Shown: positions 1 to 10,665 of the stretch, one piece after another
How the letters are laid out: each line of letters starts with the position of its first letter
Position numbering within the stretch: the stretch's first letter is position 1
From: Lama guanicoe
Taxonomy: Eukaryota
Reading direction: 5' to 3'
Assembly (NCBI GenBank): GCA_013239625.1
Contig: MU054338.1
Span: forward strand, 1,490,001 to 1,554,000
Length of the DNA stretch: 64,000 nucleotides
The notes under the pieces: generated by a model
What the model was told of the DNA's origin: nothing
Databases searched by the model: none
Seen by the model: only the letters and a program-made list of their open reading frames with translations
Made by a program: the position numbers and the translations under genes

Positions 1-398
1 GGGTCAGAAAGCAGGGCTCAGGGCGAGAGCGGTGGCCCGCAGCAGGCCGGGCTATTGGGGCCAGGACCCAACAGTGGGCTCTGGTGCAGGGTTGGCTTAG
101 TGACTGTCCACTCCCCGCTAAGACCTGGCCCCACCCTCTCTGCCCTGCCCTTGGGAGCCTCCCAGTTAGAAATACAAGGTGAGGGAAGGTGAGTTTCATG
201 GACAAGGTGAAGGGGAGGAAGTGGGGGCCAGGTGGGCAGGCTGGTGGGGCCCCTCAGAACAGAGCCCTGAGTTCAGCAGGAGGCCAGATGCAGGGAGGCT
301 GGGGGCGTTGGGGGCAGGAGTTGAGCCGGCCCTCGGGGTGCTGGGCAGAGATGGGGCTGTGAGGGTCAGAGGCCCCTGACACCCCCGCCCACCTGCAG

Positions 399-515
399 GG
401 TTCCGGACAACAGCCTACCCTACTTCCACAAGCGCCCACAGGTCCTCACGCTGCTCCTGGCGCTGCTGTGCGTGGCTATCAGCGTGGTGTGGGGCGTCTT
501 CCGGAATGAGGACCA
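399..515 (+). CDS. SPPL2B: SPPL2B internal coding exon (VPDNSLPYFHKRPQ...WGVFRNEDQ); gene begins upstream of window
   Basis: ctgcag acceptor ends 398, gtgagt donor at 516; translation matches the SPPL2b TM region and joins the next exon in frame. Confidence 0.95.
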
Positions 516-1886
516 GTGAGTGCAGCCCTGGAGGCCCGGGCAGGGGGTGGTGCTGTCCTCAGGTGCTCTGACCACCCCGAGCCGTCTGACCGGGGCTCCT
601 GGAGCCGGGCCAGCCCCGGTTATGAAAAGCTCTCCTGTCAGTGCTCTGGACGTGGAGGCTGCACGCCGTCCAGGTGCCGCCTGGGCTCGGCTGACGGCCG
701 CCCGGCTATGGCTGCCCTGCGGTCGGCCCAGGGACACGGAGCCGTGATTGTAATCTGGACATGGGGTGCCGCCCACACTGCTGCCCGGGCGTCGGGCCGT
801 GGGCTCTGGGGCAGCCTGGCTGCAGTCCCAGGGAGGTCAGGGAGGCGGGCCTGCTCCCCCAGACACCCGCTTCCCCCGGTCGGCCTCCCCAGTGAGGCAG
901 CAAGCCCGCAGGGCGGCCCGGCGCCCAGGCACGGGGACACGGCGCCTGTCCCGCCCCCGCCGCCTGCCGTCACTGACACCATCTGGCACTTTCTCCCAGC
1001 TTCTCCGAGGCAGTTAAACACTCTTGGCTGTGCTGCCATTTGGAGCCACAACAGATTTAACTGGCAGAAGGAAAACGTGAAAATATTTTGAGTCTTTTGT
1101 ACACAAAGAGAACGTGAACTCTCGCGGTTAAAGCGAAGCCAGAAGGCTTGCTTCCTCACGTGAAATTAGAAAAGGCTGTGGTGTCCGCCATCTGGGTGCC
1201 TACGCGGCGGCCAAGACCCTGCTCCTTGTCCTGCGAGGCTCTCATCGGCTTAGCTGCTCAGACCCCATGAAGCTGATGAGCAGCTTAAGCAGCCAGGTTC
1301 ATTACGTGGTTTTAACTTGCAAATTCGGAAGTGGCCCCTTGAGGAGTGCGCCCTGTTGAAGGTGGGGCTGCGAAGGGGTCTGCTGTTCCCACAGGGACTC
1401 CAGACCCTGTCCTCAGGGCCCCAGCAGCCCCAAGCCCCTGTTTCCTGAGACAGTCTGTGTGGCACATGCTTGGGTGGAGGTTTCACTTTTCTAAAAGCAA
1501 AAAATTTTTTAAAATATTTCTGAAAGGAAATTTGACTCCAGTGGATGCCCAGTCCCTCACCTCTGCACCCCTGCCCTGTGTCCTGCTATCTGGGTGTGAT
1601 GACATGGCTGCAGAGGGACAGACATCCTCGTACGTGTCTGCCTCTCTCTGGCCTTGTGGTGTCAGGGTCGGGGGTCGGTTCACCCCTGTTCCTACTGGCC
1701 AGTGCTGCCCACCCGTCCCCCTGGGTCTCAGGACCTCAGCTGCTGCCTGTGTCAGCGCCTGTGTCTTCGCAGTTCATGGGGCGGCTTGGACTTGGTGGCT
1801 GAGGTGCTGGTGGGGCAGGGCGGGGCCGGCAAGTGGAGGCTCTCAGTGGAGCTCCATCCCCAGGGTGACGCTGTGCTGCCTTCCAG

Positions 1887-1968
1887 GTGGGCCTGGATCC
1901 TTCAGGATGCGCTGGGTATCGCCTTCTGCCTCTACACCTTGAAAACCATCCGCCTCCCCACGTTCAAG
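1887..1968 (+). CDS. SPPL2B: SPPL2B exon (WAWILQDALGIAFCLYTLKTIRLPTFK)
   Basis: ttccag acceptor, gtgaga donor; SPP-family sequence. Confidence 0.96.
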
Positions 1969-2630
1969 GTGAGAGCCCTGTTGGGGAGGGGCAGGGGTGC
2001 TCCTGGGACTAGGGAACAGGACCTTTTCACATCAGCCCAGTGCCTGCCTGCCGTGAGCCTCCTTGAGGCCTCGCACTCTGAGCCTGGCCCTACGTGGGTG
2101 TCGTGATCTTTGCTCATCTGTCCCCCAGCCACCTCCCTGGTGACAGGGCTTAAGGATCAGCTACAGAGTCACTTCACAGCGTGGTGGCAGCACCAGTGAC
2201 CACATGGCCAAGGGGACACCTGGGCGGGCACAGCGAGGTGGACAGAGTAGGGGAAACCAGATGACACCAGGCAGGGCAGAGCGCAGGGCCGAGCACGCGG
2301 CTGGCACTGGTTCCCGGCGGGAAGAACTCAGAAACACATGGGGAAACGTGCAGACAGGTGACCCTTCCTCAAACCCGCCACCAGCCAGTCACGGCTGCGT
2401 GTCCCCTGCCAGCCCCGTTCTTGGGTTTCCATCAGAAACTTGGAAACCTGGACCTTGGCTCTCCCTGAGCCTCAGCCTGATGTTGCCTCCTGGGCAGCGA
2501 GCGGCCTAAGGGCTTTGTCCCCCTGGGGGAGGCCTGAGCTTTGTGGGGGCGGGGACGCGTCCCGGCGGGTCCATGTGCTGGGCAGGCGTTGGGTGTCCAG
2601 AGCACGGCCCTCAGGACGCCCCGTCCCCAG

Positions 2631-2705
2631 GCTTGCACGCTGCTGCTGCTGGTGCTGTTCATCTACGATGTCTTTTTCGTGTTCATCACGCCCTTCCTGC
2701 CCAAG
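2631..2705 (+). CDS. SPPL2B: SPPL2B exon with catalytic YD motif (ACTLLLLVLFIYDVFFVFITPFLPK)
   Basis: ccccag acceptor, gtgggc donor; YD aspartate of GxGD intramembrane proteases. Confidence 0.96.
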
Positions 2706-2752
2706 GTGGGCCCCGCCCCTGCTCCCACAACTCTGACGCCCCCTTTTGTTAG

Positions 2753-2815
2753 AGCGGGAACAGCATCATGGTGGAGGTGGCCACCGGGCCCTCGGACTCA
2801 GCCACCCACGAGAAG
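2753..2815 (+). CDS. SPPL2B: SPPL2B exon (SGNSIMVEVATGPSDSATHEK)
   Basis: ttttgttag acceptor, gtacgt donor; SIMVEVATG motif; preceded by a 47-nt intron. Confidence 0.93.
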
Positions 2816-2904
2816 GTACGTAGTGTCCCGTGGTTGAGGCACCGGCCGGCGTGAGCAGCGGGCTCGGCGGGTCCTGGAGACTGCTGCCTCCCCGCTTTCC
2901 CCAG

Positions 2905-3004
2905 CTCCCCATGGTCCTGAAGGTGCCCAGACTGAACACCTCACCGCTAGCCCTGTGTGACCGGCCGTTCTCCCTCCTGGGCTTCGGGGACATCCTGGTC
3001 CCAG
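2905..3004 (+). CDS. SPPL2B: SPPL2B exon with catalytic GFGD motif (LPMVLKVPRLN...SLLGFGDILVP)
   Basis: ccccag acceptor, gtactg donor; GxGD motif. Confidence 0.96.
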
Positions 3005-3398
3005 GTACTGGGGTTGGGCTTGGGCGGCCGGGGTGGCCTTGGAGTTGTCAGGCCAGAGGGGCCCAGGGGTGGAGGCGGTGCTGAGCAGGTGCGTGCAGCA
3101 GGGATGTGGCCCGTTGGAGCTCTGGGGCAGCCCTGCTGTGTGGTCGCGCTGCACAGACCTGCCTCACCAGCCAGCCTGTATCCCGTGGCGGGACCTTCCT
3201 GGCCCCTCCACCCCACCACAAGCCTCCGTGCTGGGGTCTGTGCTCGCCTGAGGTCTTGGGTTACCCGCCACGCGTCACGGGCAGCACGGCCCCAGCTCTG
3301 TGCTGAACTGGAGAGGGGCGCAGGGCACCTGATTCCTCCCGTGGAACCACCCGGGCCCGACTGGGGCTGCAGCCTGGCCCACGTCTTCTCTCCCCCAG

Positions 3399-3476
3399 GG
3401 CTGCTTGTGGCCTACTGCCACCGCTTTGACATCCAGGTGCAGTCCTCCAGGGTCTACTTCGTGGCCTGCACCGTCG
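3399..3476 (+). CDS. SPPL2B: SPPL2B exon (GLLVAYCHRFDIQVQSSRVYFVACTV)
   Basis: ccccag acceptor, gtaagc donor; in frame with flanking exons. Confidence 0.96.
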
Positions 3477-4662
3477 GTAAGCCCCCTCCCCAGGGGCTCA
3501 GCCTCGCCTATCCTCCATCTGGGTCAAGGGGACAGGCCTGCATCCACGTCACTGTTCACTTCTCACTCCACGGTTTTTCTTTCCTTTTGTCTCTGTCTTC
3601 CTCTTTTTTCTTTGTCTTCTGTTTCTTTTGTTACCAAAGCCCTTTACACCAAAAGGACATTTCCTCATTTCAGGTCAACCCAGTTGTTTTTAAAACTGTG
3701 CACATTCATTCTGTGGTCCAGTGGGGTCAGCTCTTCAGGAACAGCCGGGGTGCAGAGTGCACAGGCCCCGCGGCCTGACCCCGGTGAGGGGAGACCCCAT
3801 CAGTGCCACGTAAGCCGGCCTTCCCGGCATATTTCTGGGCCATTGGCATCCGCCCACTCCCACCCGGTTCCTGCAGCTCCAGGCAGTCCAACCTGACCCT
3901 TCCCTTCTCATGCCGCCCCCCTCGGGAGCCCCTGCAGAGCCTTCCCCATGTGAACCCTGATTTGGCAGATAAGTGGGGGCTCTCCCTGCTGAGCCTGTCA
4001 CTGGGCAGCACACAGGTAAGGGTCAGAGCAGGCAGCCCAGAGGGGAAGCACGGGCTGGAGACGGGCTCTTCGCCTTGGACAAGATGTCCCGCAGACGGTG
4101 TGTTTTCTTGTAACTGTCTATTTGGAATAACTGCACGTTCACAGCTGCAGGGTTAGCCCAGACCGCGCCTGCCCTTTCTGCGCCTGGGCGGGCCCTGACC
4201 TCTCACCACCTTCGTGTTCTTGTTTTTCTCCACACTGTCTACACGTGTGTGTCTGGGTGTTTATGCCTTTGCACTCACATGTCCGTTAAGTAACACACGT
4301 TGTTTTGTTGTGAACCATGAGAGCAGAGCGCAGAAGCCCTGCCCTCCACCCCCAGTGCCTCCCAGGTGCTCTGTAGGGACCGTTATTTTATAGTCACAAC
4401 TCGGTTATCAAAGGATTGGTTCCCTCATTTTGTACATACATGACTTTGAATTATTTTTCTAACTAGAGGCTTATGAAAATGAGATATTTGGGTATGTTTG
4501 CACCTCCATGAGCACCTGTGTCCCCCACCTCCCCCCGGCAGGCCCTGGGGTTGCAGCCCTGGCGCGCTCTGCGCCTCCCATCCCTGTGACCTCATTCCTG
4601 CAGCGTGGGTGTTGGGCCCAGAGACTGGCTGGGTAACGTGCTGCCCCTCTCTGTCCCCACAG

Positions 4663-4823
4663 CCTATGGCATCGGCCTCCTGGTGACGTTCATGGCGCTG
4701 GCACTCATGCAGCGCGGCCAGCCCGCCCTCCTCTACCTGGTGCCCTGCACGCTCATCACCAGCTGTGCCCTGGCCCTCTGGCGCAGGGAGCTGGGCGTGT
4801 TCTGGACGGGCAGCGGCTTTGCG
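4663..4823 (+). CDS. SPPL2B: SPPL2B exon with QPALLY (PAL) motif
   Basis: ccacag acceptor, gtgaat donor; AYGIGLLVTFMALALMQRGQPALLYLVPC...WTGSGFA. Confidence 0.96.
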
Positions 4824-5643
4824 GTGAATACCAGTTTGCTATGACTGTCTGCGAGAAGTAATAGCCTGATAAGCCCTAACTAGAGTTAAAGTTGAGTGAG
4901 AGCTTCTGGCGCTGCCACTGACCCTGCAGCCCACGTCCCATGGGCGGTGTCTCCCATCTCTGCAGGGTTTTATTGTGGGTGTCGTGCTCCTCCTGTGGCC
5001 GCGGTGGGGGTGCGGGGGACGTGCTTGCGGCGGCCGGAGGTGATGCTTCTGCCACGGGGCTCTGGTGCCCGCACCTGCTCCTGCTGCGGGAGGGGCCCCA
5101 GCTGGGCTATTGTTCTTGCTTGAAGAAGAAGAGGGAAGGGGCAGAGGCCTCTCTGTTAGCGCGCGGCCATCGTCGTGTCCTCGTGACTCTCAAGGACACT
5201 GCGGGTCTGCGGTGTCTCCTGTGGGCCCAGTTAGGAGACCTGTCCCATCCCGACGGGGGCTCTGAGCCCGTCAGGCGTGTGTGTAACTTGTCCACATAGA
5301 TGCGGCCCCTGAACACCTGTTACATGCACGAGGCCCCAGGCCTCCAGGTTCCCCGGTCAGTCAGCCTGACACTCGGACCCTCTCCCAGGCCCTCGGGAAG
5401 GCTTCCTGGGCTCAGTGCTCACCGTCCCCAAAGGTCTCAGTCCCGGTGGGCGTTGGTTTTGCCACAGAACGGGTGGGTTCATTCTGGAAGTTTCCGGAGG
5501 GGGAAGAAGTCAGGGTCGGCCCCTGCTGGGGTCTGGGTTTCCCGGGAAGGCTCCTCCAGCCTCAGGGGTTGGGACTCCTCTGCCCTCCGCCCATCCTCGC
5601 GGCCCCGCCCAAGCCTTCCCAACCAGCCGCCTCTCTTCTGCAG

Positions 5644-5889
5644 AAGGACCTGCCTCAGCCCGCCTGGGCGCCGGCTTCAGCCGACGGCCCGCAGCCCCGG
5701 CCCGACTCAGACACCGCCCCCTCCCAGCAGCCTCGGGCCGAAGAGCCGGCCCCGTCCCCCTGGCCCGCAGAGCAGTCCCCGGAACCGGCTGCGCCCGAGG
5801 AGACGGGCCATGCAGCGCCCCTCCAGGAGCCGGAGAGCTCAGCCGGCCTCGCCTCGGAGCCCACGGGCCTGCCGGGCCCCTCGGCCTAG
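5644..5889 (+). CDS. SPPL2B: SPPL2B terminal coding exon, Pro-rich cytosolic tail ending PGPSA*
   Basis: ctcttctgcag acceptor; KDLPQPAWAPASADGPQP... resembles the SPPL2b tail; TAG at 5887-5889. Confidence 0.9.
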   Translation, partial: KDLPQPAWAPASADGPQPRPDSDTAPSQQPRAEEPAPSPWPAEQSPEPAAPEETGHAAPLQEPESSAGLASEPTGLPGPSA

Positions 5890-6367
5890 GGGAGGGGCGC
5901 AGACTTGGCCCCGCGACTGCAAACTTGGTGCTCTGGTCTAGCGGATGCGCACATCCGGGCATCCCGCGGCTCCTCGCTCTCCTCCAGCCCGGGACCCTCT
6001 CAGACCCCAGCCCTGCTCCGAGTTCTCGTGGCCGCGCACGCCCCGGGCCGGCTGAGGCCACCGCCAGGCGAGCAGGGGGCGGCAGTCGCCCGGTGGCTGC
6101 AGCTGCGCCCATGTTTGGTGCTTATACCGCTGCTGCTTCCCTTCGGGTCCTGGGGCAGGAGAGGGAGGGGCCCTGCCTACTGAAGGAGGGCCGCCTTTGC
6201 CCGTCAGGGCCCCCCAGGGGTTTGGACTGTCCCCGGCTGGGTGGGGTCTGGACCCGCCTCTGGGTTGGGGGCCTTGAGGACGGCCCCAGTGAGCGGCCGA
6301 GCCCTGCTCACGCCCTTCCATCACCTGGGAAGTGCCCAGCGCCTGTGCTCCAGCTCCTCCACGTTTT

Positions 6368-6373
6368 AATAAA
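6368..6373 (+). terminator. SPPL2B: SPPL2B proximal polyadenylation signal AATAAA
   Basis: AATAAA ~480 nt after the stop, followed by U/GU-rich sequence. Confidence 0.7.
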
Positions 6374-7348
6374 CGGCCACAACTTTTTGAAATTTTGGTA
6401 GTGTCGCCTCTTGGGGTGCGAGTCCCCCGGACTGCCCCTCAGGCAGGCCAGGGCGCAGCTGCCCCTCAGTCCTCTCCGGTTGGCCCCATCTTGCCTTTCA
6501 GCTTCGAGGAACTCACCCCCATCCTCGCCGTGGGTACCTGCACGCTCTCTTCAGCACCCCACCCAGTGCACGCACCTCGCCAACCTCCAGCTGCAGCACA
6601 GGCGGGGAGCTTCTGGAAGGTGGGAGGATGTTCTGGAACTGGCATTGTGTCTTCTACCTCATGGACAGGGTTCTCCGAACCTCACGACAGAGATGCTGCC
6701 GGCCCCCCGTGTGATGGCTTGGCTACTGAGTTGGGGCCTGGACAGGCTCCTGGGGCTGCTGACCGCCAGGGCCCTGCCTGCCCCCTCCCGTCCACGACGA
6801 GAGGTGAGGGCACATGGACTCCCCGGCCGGCCGAGCAGCCCGGCTCTGTGTCCCGCATATCCTGTGGCTGTGCTGCAGAGAGAGAGCCGGCGGGCCCAAC
6901 CATGATCCATTCCAAACAATACCAGCGCCAGACAGACTCACACTGTCTCTGTCAGCCATTCCTCTTGAGGGAGAAAGGGTGTTTATGGCTAAAAAACAGA
7001 AGATGTCTTCCACCTGTTTGTGTGTTTCTTTAAAAAGAACAGGTGACCTGACAGGTGGAGCGGTGGAGTAGCTGGGCCTACTGGCCCTACAGGAGGTCCT
7101 GGCCTTGGAGGCCGTGGCCCCGGATGCAGTCACAGGGCATCCCGGGGCGAGGGCTCGAGCGGACCCCCCCACCCTTCCTCTAAGGACTGCGCCTTCCTCT
7201 AAGCCATTTTGTACATCGGTGTAAGAGTGAGGAATCTTTTTTTCTTTTTCTCTCTGTTTTGGAAGTTTGACAAATGTCAAGGAATTCAAAGGCAGATGTT
7301 AGTTCCTGAAGTTTGCAGTTTTGGCCTTGCTTCTGTTGGAACCTTACA

Positions 7349-7354
7349 ATTAAA
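7349..7354 (+). terminator. candidate distal polyadenylation signal ATTAAA
   Basis: ATTAAA preceded by TGTA and U-rich tracts (7205-7330), followed by GU-rich sequence. Confidence 0.5.
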
Positions 7355-8089
7355 CACAGCTTTTGATATGTGTGCCTGGGCCTTTGCCTTTTCGTGATGC
7401 AGTAGGGCTGGGGGAGCCCTCGGTGGGCCAGGCCGGGGTAGCCTTCATCCTGCAGGGATTCCTGCGGGGAGGGAGGTGTCGGAGCCGACCTGCAGCCTGT
7501 GCCAGCTGGTCCTGAAGCCGGGTTTCAGCTCTGCTGCGAAGCGGCCACTTGTCCTGATGTGTGGTGTCCTTGTGGGATGCAAACTCCTCCCTGGGGACTC
7601 AGTCACAGTCCAAGGGATTAACAAATAATGTTCACAGCTGTGAGCACGTCCCACGCTCAATAAGCTGTCAGGAACGGGGAAACGGGGCGAAACATGCAAG
7701 CGGTCTTGGTACTAGCTTCACAGATTTGCCACAAATCTGGAAGTTCCCTAAAATTAAAAGTTCATCTAGTAAGCTATCGCAGCTATTCACAGAGCCCCAA
7801 GCTCGCTCTGGCCCTGAGTGTCTGCTCCCTCAGGTCCCAGGCACCCCTCCCCTGCCCTCTGTTCGCGGGCACATGCCCACGTGGGCTCGCCTGCCCAGGC
7901 CGTGCCCTCCGCCTGGAACCCCAAGCCTCCGGCAGCTCCCAGGAAGCCCAAGGGTCCAGAGCCCACCTCCCCACGTGGCTGGCGGGGGAACCTCCCGCCC
8001 ACTCCCCTCCCTCTGCTGGCCCGGCCCTTTCACGCAGGGGTCATGTTCAGGAGACCCGCCTGGGCTCGTGCCCTGGCGCCCAGGACGGC

Positions 8090-8720
8090 CCGCACCCAGC
8101 CGTCCCTTCAGAGCCTCGCGGAGCGCCCACCGCAGCGGTGCCCGAGCTGAGAGCCGGCCAGGGTGAGGCTCAGGCGCTCGCGGTAAGGGGCGCAGTCGGG
8201 GCGGGCAGGGGGAGCCACGGGGTGAGCGGGGCGGTCACGTCCCGGTGGCGGGAGGGCGGCGCCCCCGCCGGGTGCCGCCCCCAGCCCCGCCCCGTCCCCG
8301 AGGCCGGCGCTGCGGGTCGTTCGCGGAGGGAGCGGGGCCGCGGTGCAGCCTCGGGCGGAGCGCGGTGAGTGCAGGGTCCCCCGCAGTGGGGCGGCAGCCG
8401 TCTCCCCGCGCCTCGCTTCGCCGGGCCCGTGCGGGGCACGCACCGCGGTGTGTGGACGCCGCTGTCGATGCGCCTGGACGGGCTGTGCGGCCGCTCAGGG
8501 CTGTGCAGGCGCGGCGGGGGCGGCGGGGGCAGTGTGGACGCGGCCCCCCGCGCGGCCGCCCCCCGGGGGACTGTGACCGAGGCTCCTCACCCCCGACGGC
8601 GCTTTCGCGCCTTCCCACCCGCGGCGGTGCCTCGGCGGGGGCCCTGGAGGCGTGGGGGGGTTGCGGCAGCAGACGGCGGGCAAAGGGGGAGAAGGGTTCG
8701 GGGACTCGGTCCGGGGCCCC
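8090..8720 (+). promoter_or_regulatory. CpG island, probable TMPRSS9 promoter and non-coding first exon (donor GCG|GTGAGT at 8365)
   Basis: very dense CpG, several GC boxes (ggggcggg, ccccgccc), consensus donor; the first TMPRSS9 coding exon starts with a splice acceptor at 26380, implying an upstream exon. Confidence 0.7.
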
Positions 8721-9902
8721 TGGGTTCTCTCCCTGTGGCGTCTCTCAGCCAGTCCCTTGCTTGCGAGTGAAACAAGGATTTGGGGTAACAGTTTGCGGAC
8801 GGGTGGCCACAAGGCCTGAAGTTGGGGTGAGGGTCGCATGCGGGCGGGGCTGGTAGGTTCGGTTCCTGCCACAGGCGGCCACCCCCACACCAGTTGCGGG
8901 GGCAGGCGGGTTATCCAGGCCCACTGCTCAGGAGTGTCTGAGTGGCCTCCCAGGGGTCCTCCGAGGCGGGGCCTTGGCCCTCCTGGCCGCTGACCCTCAT
9001 CTCCTGGGGTCACCGTGGACTCCCAGACCCGGCGTGGTGTGTGTGAGATTGTGCGTGTGATTGTGTGGTCACACACGTGGGACTGCATCTGACTGGGTGA
9101 TTGATTGTATGTGGTTTGTGTCTGGCGTGTGACTGCGTGTGTGCTGGCACTGTGAGGTCGTGTAGGATTTTGCGTGGTGTGCAGCCCTCCTGTCCTGCCC
9201 AACAAGGAGTCAGGTGTTGCCGCTAACCTGCCCCTGGTGTGGGACTGGGGCGGGCGGACCCGCAGCCCATCCTTGATGAGACCCACGCGATGTTCTAGGC
9301 ACACTTGGCATGATTCTGAATGTTTGAGGTGTCAAGCGCGGAGCTCCGGGCGTCTTCAGACAGAGGGGAGCCAGGTGGCCTGTCACTAGGGCTGGGCACC
9401 AGACTTGGCACAGGCTGTGAGGAGAAAGTTCTGCTTCTGGTACCATGGCCGTCGGTGGCCAGGTGGAAGCCCCGGAGGGACCCAGGGACGCAGAGACTGG
9501 ACGCTCCCCAGCCGCCACCGTGCAGTAAGTGTGTCCACCCTGGAGAAGGAGGTGGGAGCGGAAGCGGTGGATGGGAAGTTCTGGGCGTCTGTTCCCATCT
9601 GTGCAGTAAAAGGAGAGAAAAACTGGTGGGGAGATGAGAGAGCATGTGGGTCTGGCTGCGGGTGACTCTTACTGAGCCATGTGGCCAGCACATGGGGAGC
9701 TGGGGCCTGGATGCTGACCCCCGTCCCTTCGACTGCTTGCCAACTGTCTTCATGCTCTAGGGCAGCAAGGTTTAGAGCCCCTGGTCCCCATCCTGGTGGC
9801 TCACCTGCCTTACCTGGACATCGGGGTCCTGGGGCAGCCATGCCCATTTCGTGATGGAGAACCACCATTAAGGTGGGGGAAGGTCCTGAATCTAAGAACT
9901 CA

Positions 9903-10036
9903 GTGTGTGTGTGTAAGAGGGAGGAGGAGGTGAGGGGGAGGGAGACAGAGACACAGAGAGAGATGGACAGAAACAGAGACAGAGAGACAAAGGTAGAGAG
10001 AGAAAGAGGGAGAGAGACAGAGACACAGAGAGAGGG
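9903..10036. repeat. GA-rich simple repeat
   Basis: degenerate (GA)n/(GACA)n tract. Confidence 0.9.
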
Positions 10037-10576
10037 CATAGCCTCCCCGGGCTGGCGGTGCCGGCCCCTCCCGGGGCCATGGCGAGGGCTAAATTAACTA
10101 GCAGGTGTGAGCCGCACACGGGGGACGGCAGGGGATGGCAGGCGTGGCTGCCGCTCTCCCGGCTGCTGCTCTCCCATCCTGTGAAAGTGGGAAAGGGGAC
10201 ACGACTCTTGCCAGCTACTTGTTTTAACACACGTGGCTCTAAAATTGAGGCAGAGGAGAACCTGTTCTGGGTCCTTGGCTCATATCTGCACCAGGCTTTG
10301 TTGTTTTTCCCGCTTTTCCCTTGTTATTTAAGAAAAATGATTTCAGAATAATTTTCATCACAAAGATGGTACAGAGGACCCCGCACACCCTTCACCCAGT
10401 GTTAAAATCTCGTGTAATCACAGCGCAGTGACCAAAACCAAGAAATTAATGCTGAAATAGACATGAACACTCTCAGCCGACTTTTCCTGGATCCCCACTA
10501 GTGTCCTTTTTCTGTTCTGGGATCCAATCTGTGATTTCCTCCGCTGTGCTTAGAACCTGTATTACTTTTATGTTTT

Positions 10577-10665
10577 AATTAGGTTTATTTATCAATTTAT
10601 TGAGATGGAGGTACTGGGGATTGGACCCAGGACCGCGTGCATAGCCAGCACCTGCTCCCCCACCC
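10577..10665 (-). mobile_element. tRNA-derived SINE (camelid vic-1 type)
   Basis: ggaggtactggggattggacccaggacc core plus tttattt tail. Confidence 0.75.

Noticed and set aside
5300..9304. Long overlapping ORFs of 200-330 aa on both strands
   Set aside because: Pro/Gly/Arg/Ala-rich with no domain motifs; expected from stop-codon scarcity in GC-rich UTR and CpG-island DNA.
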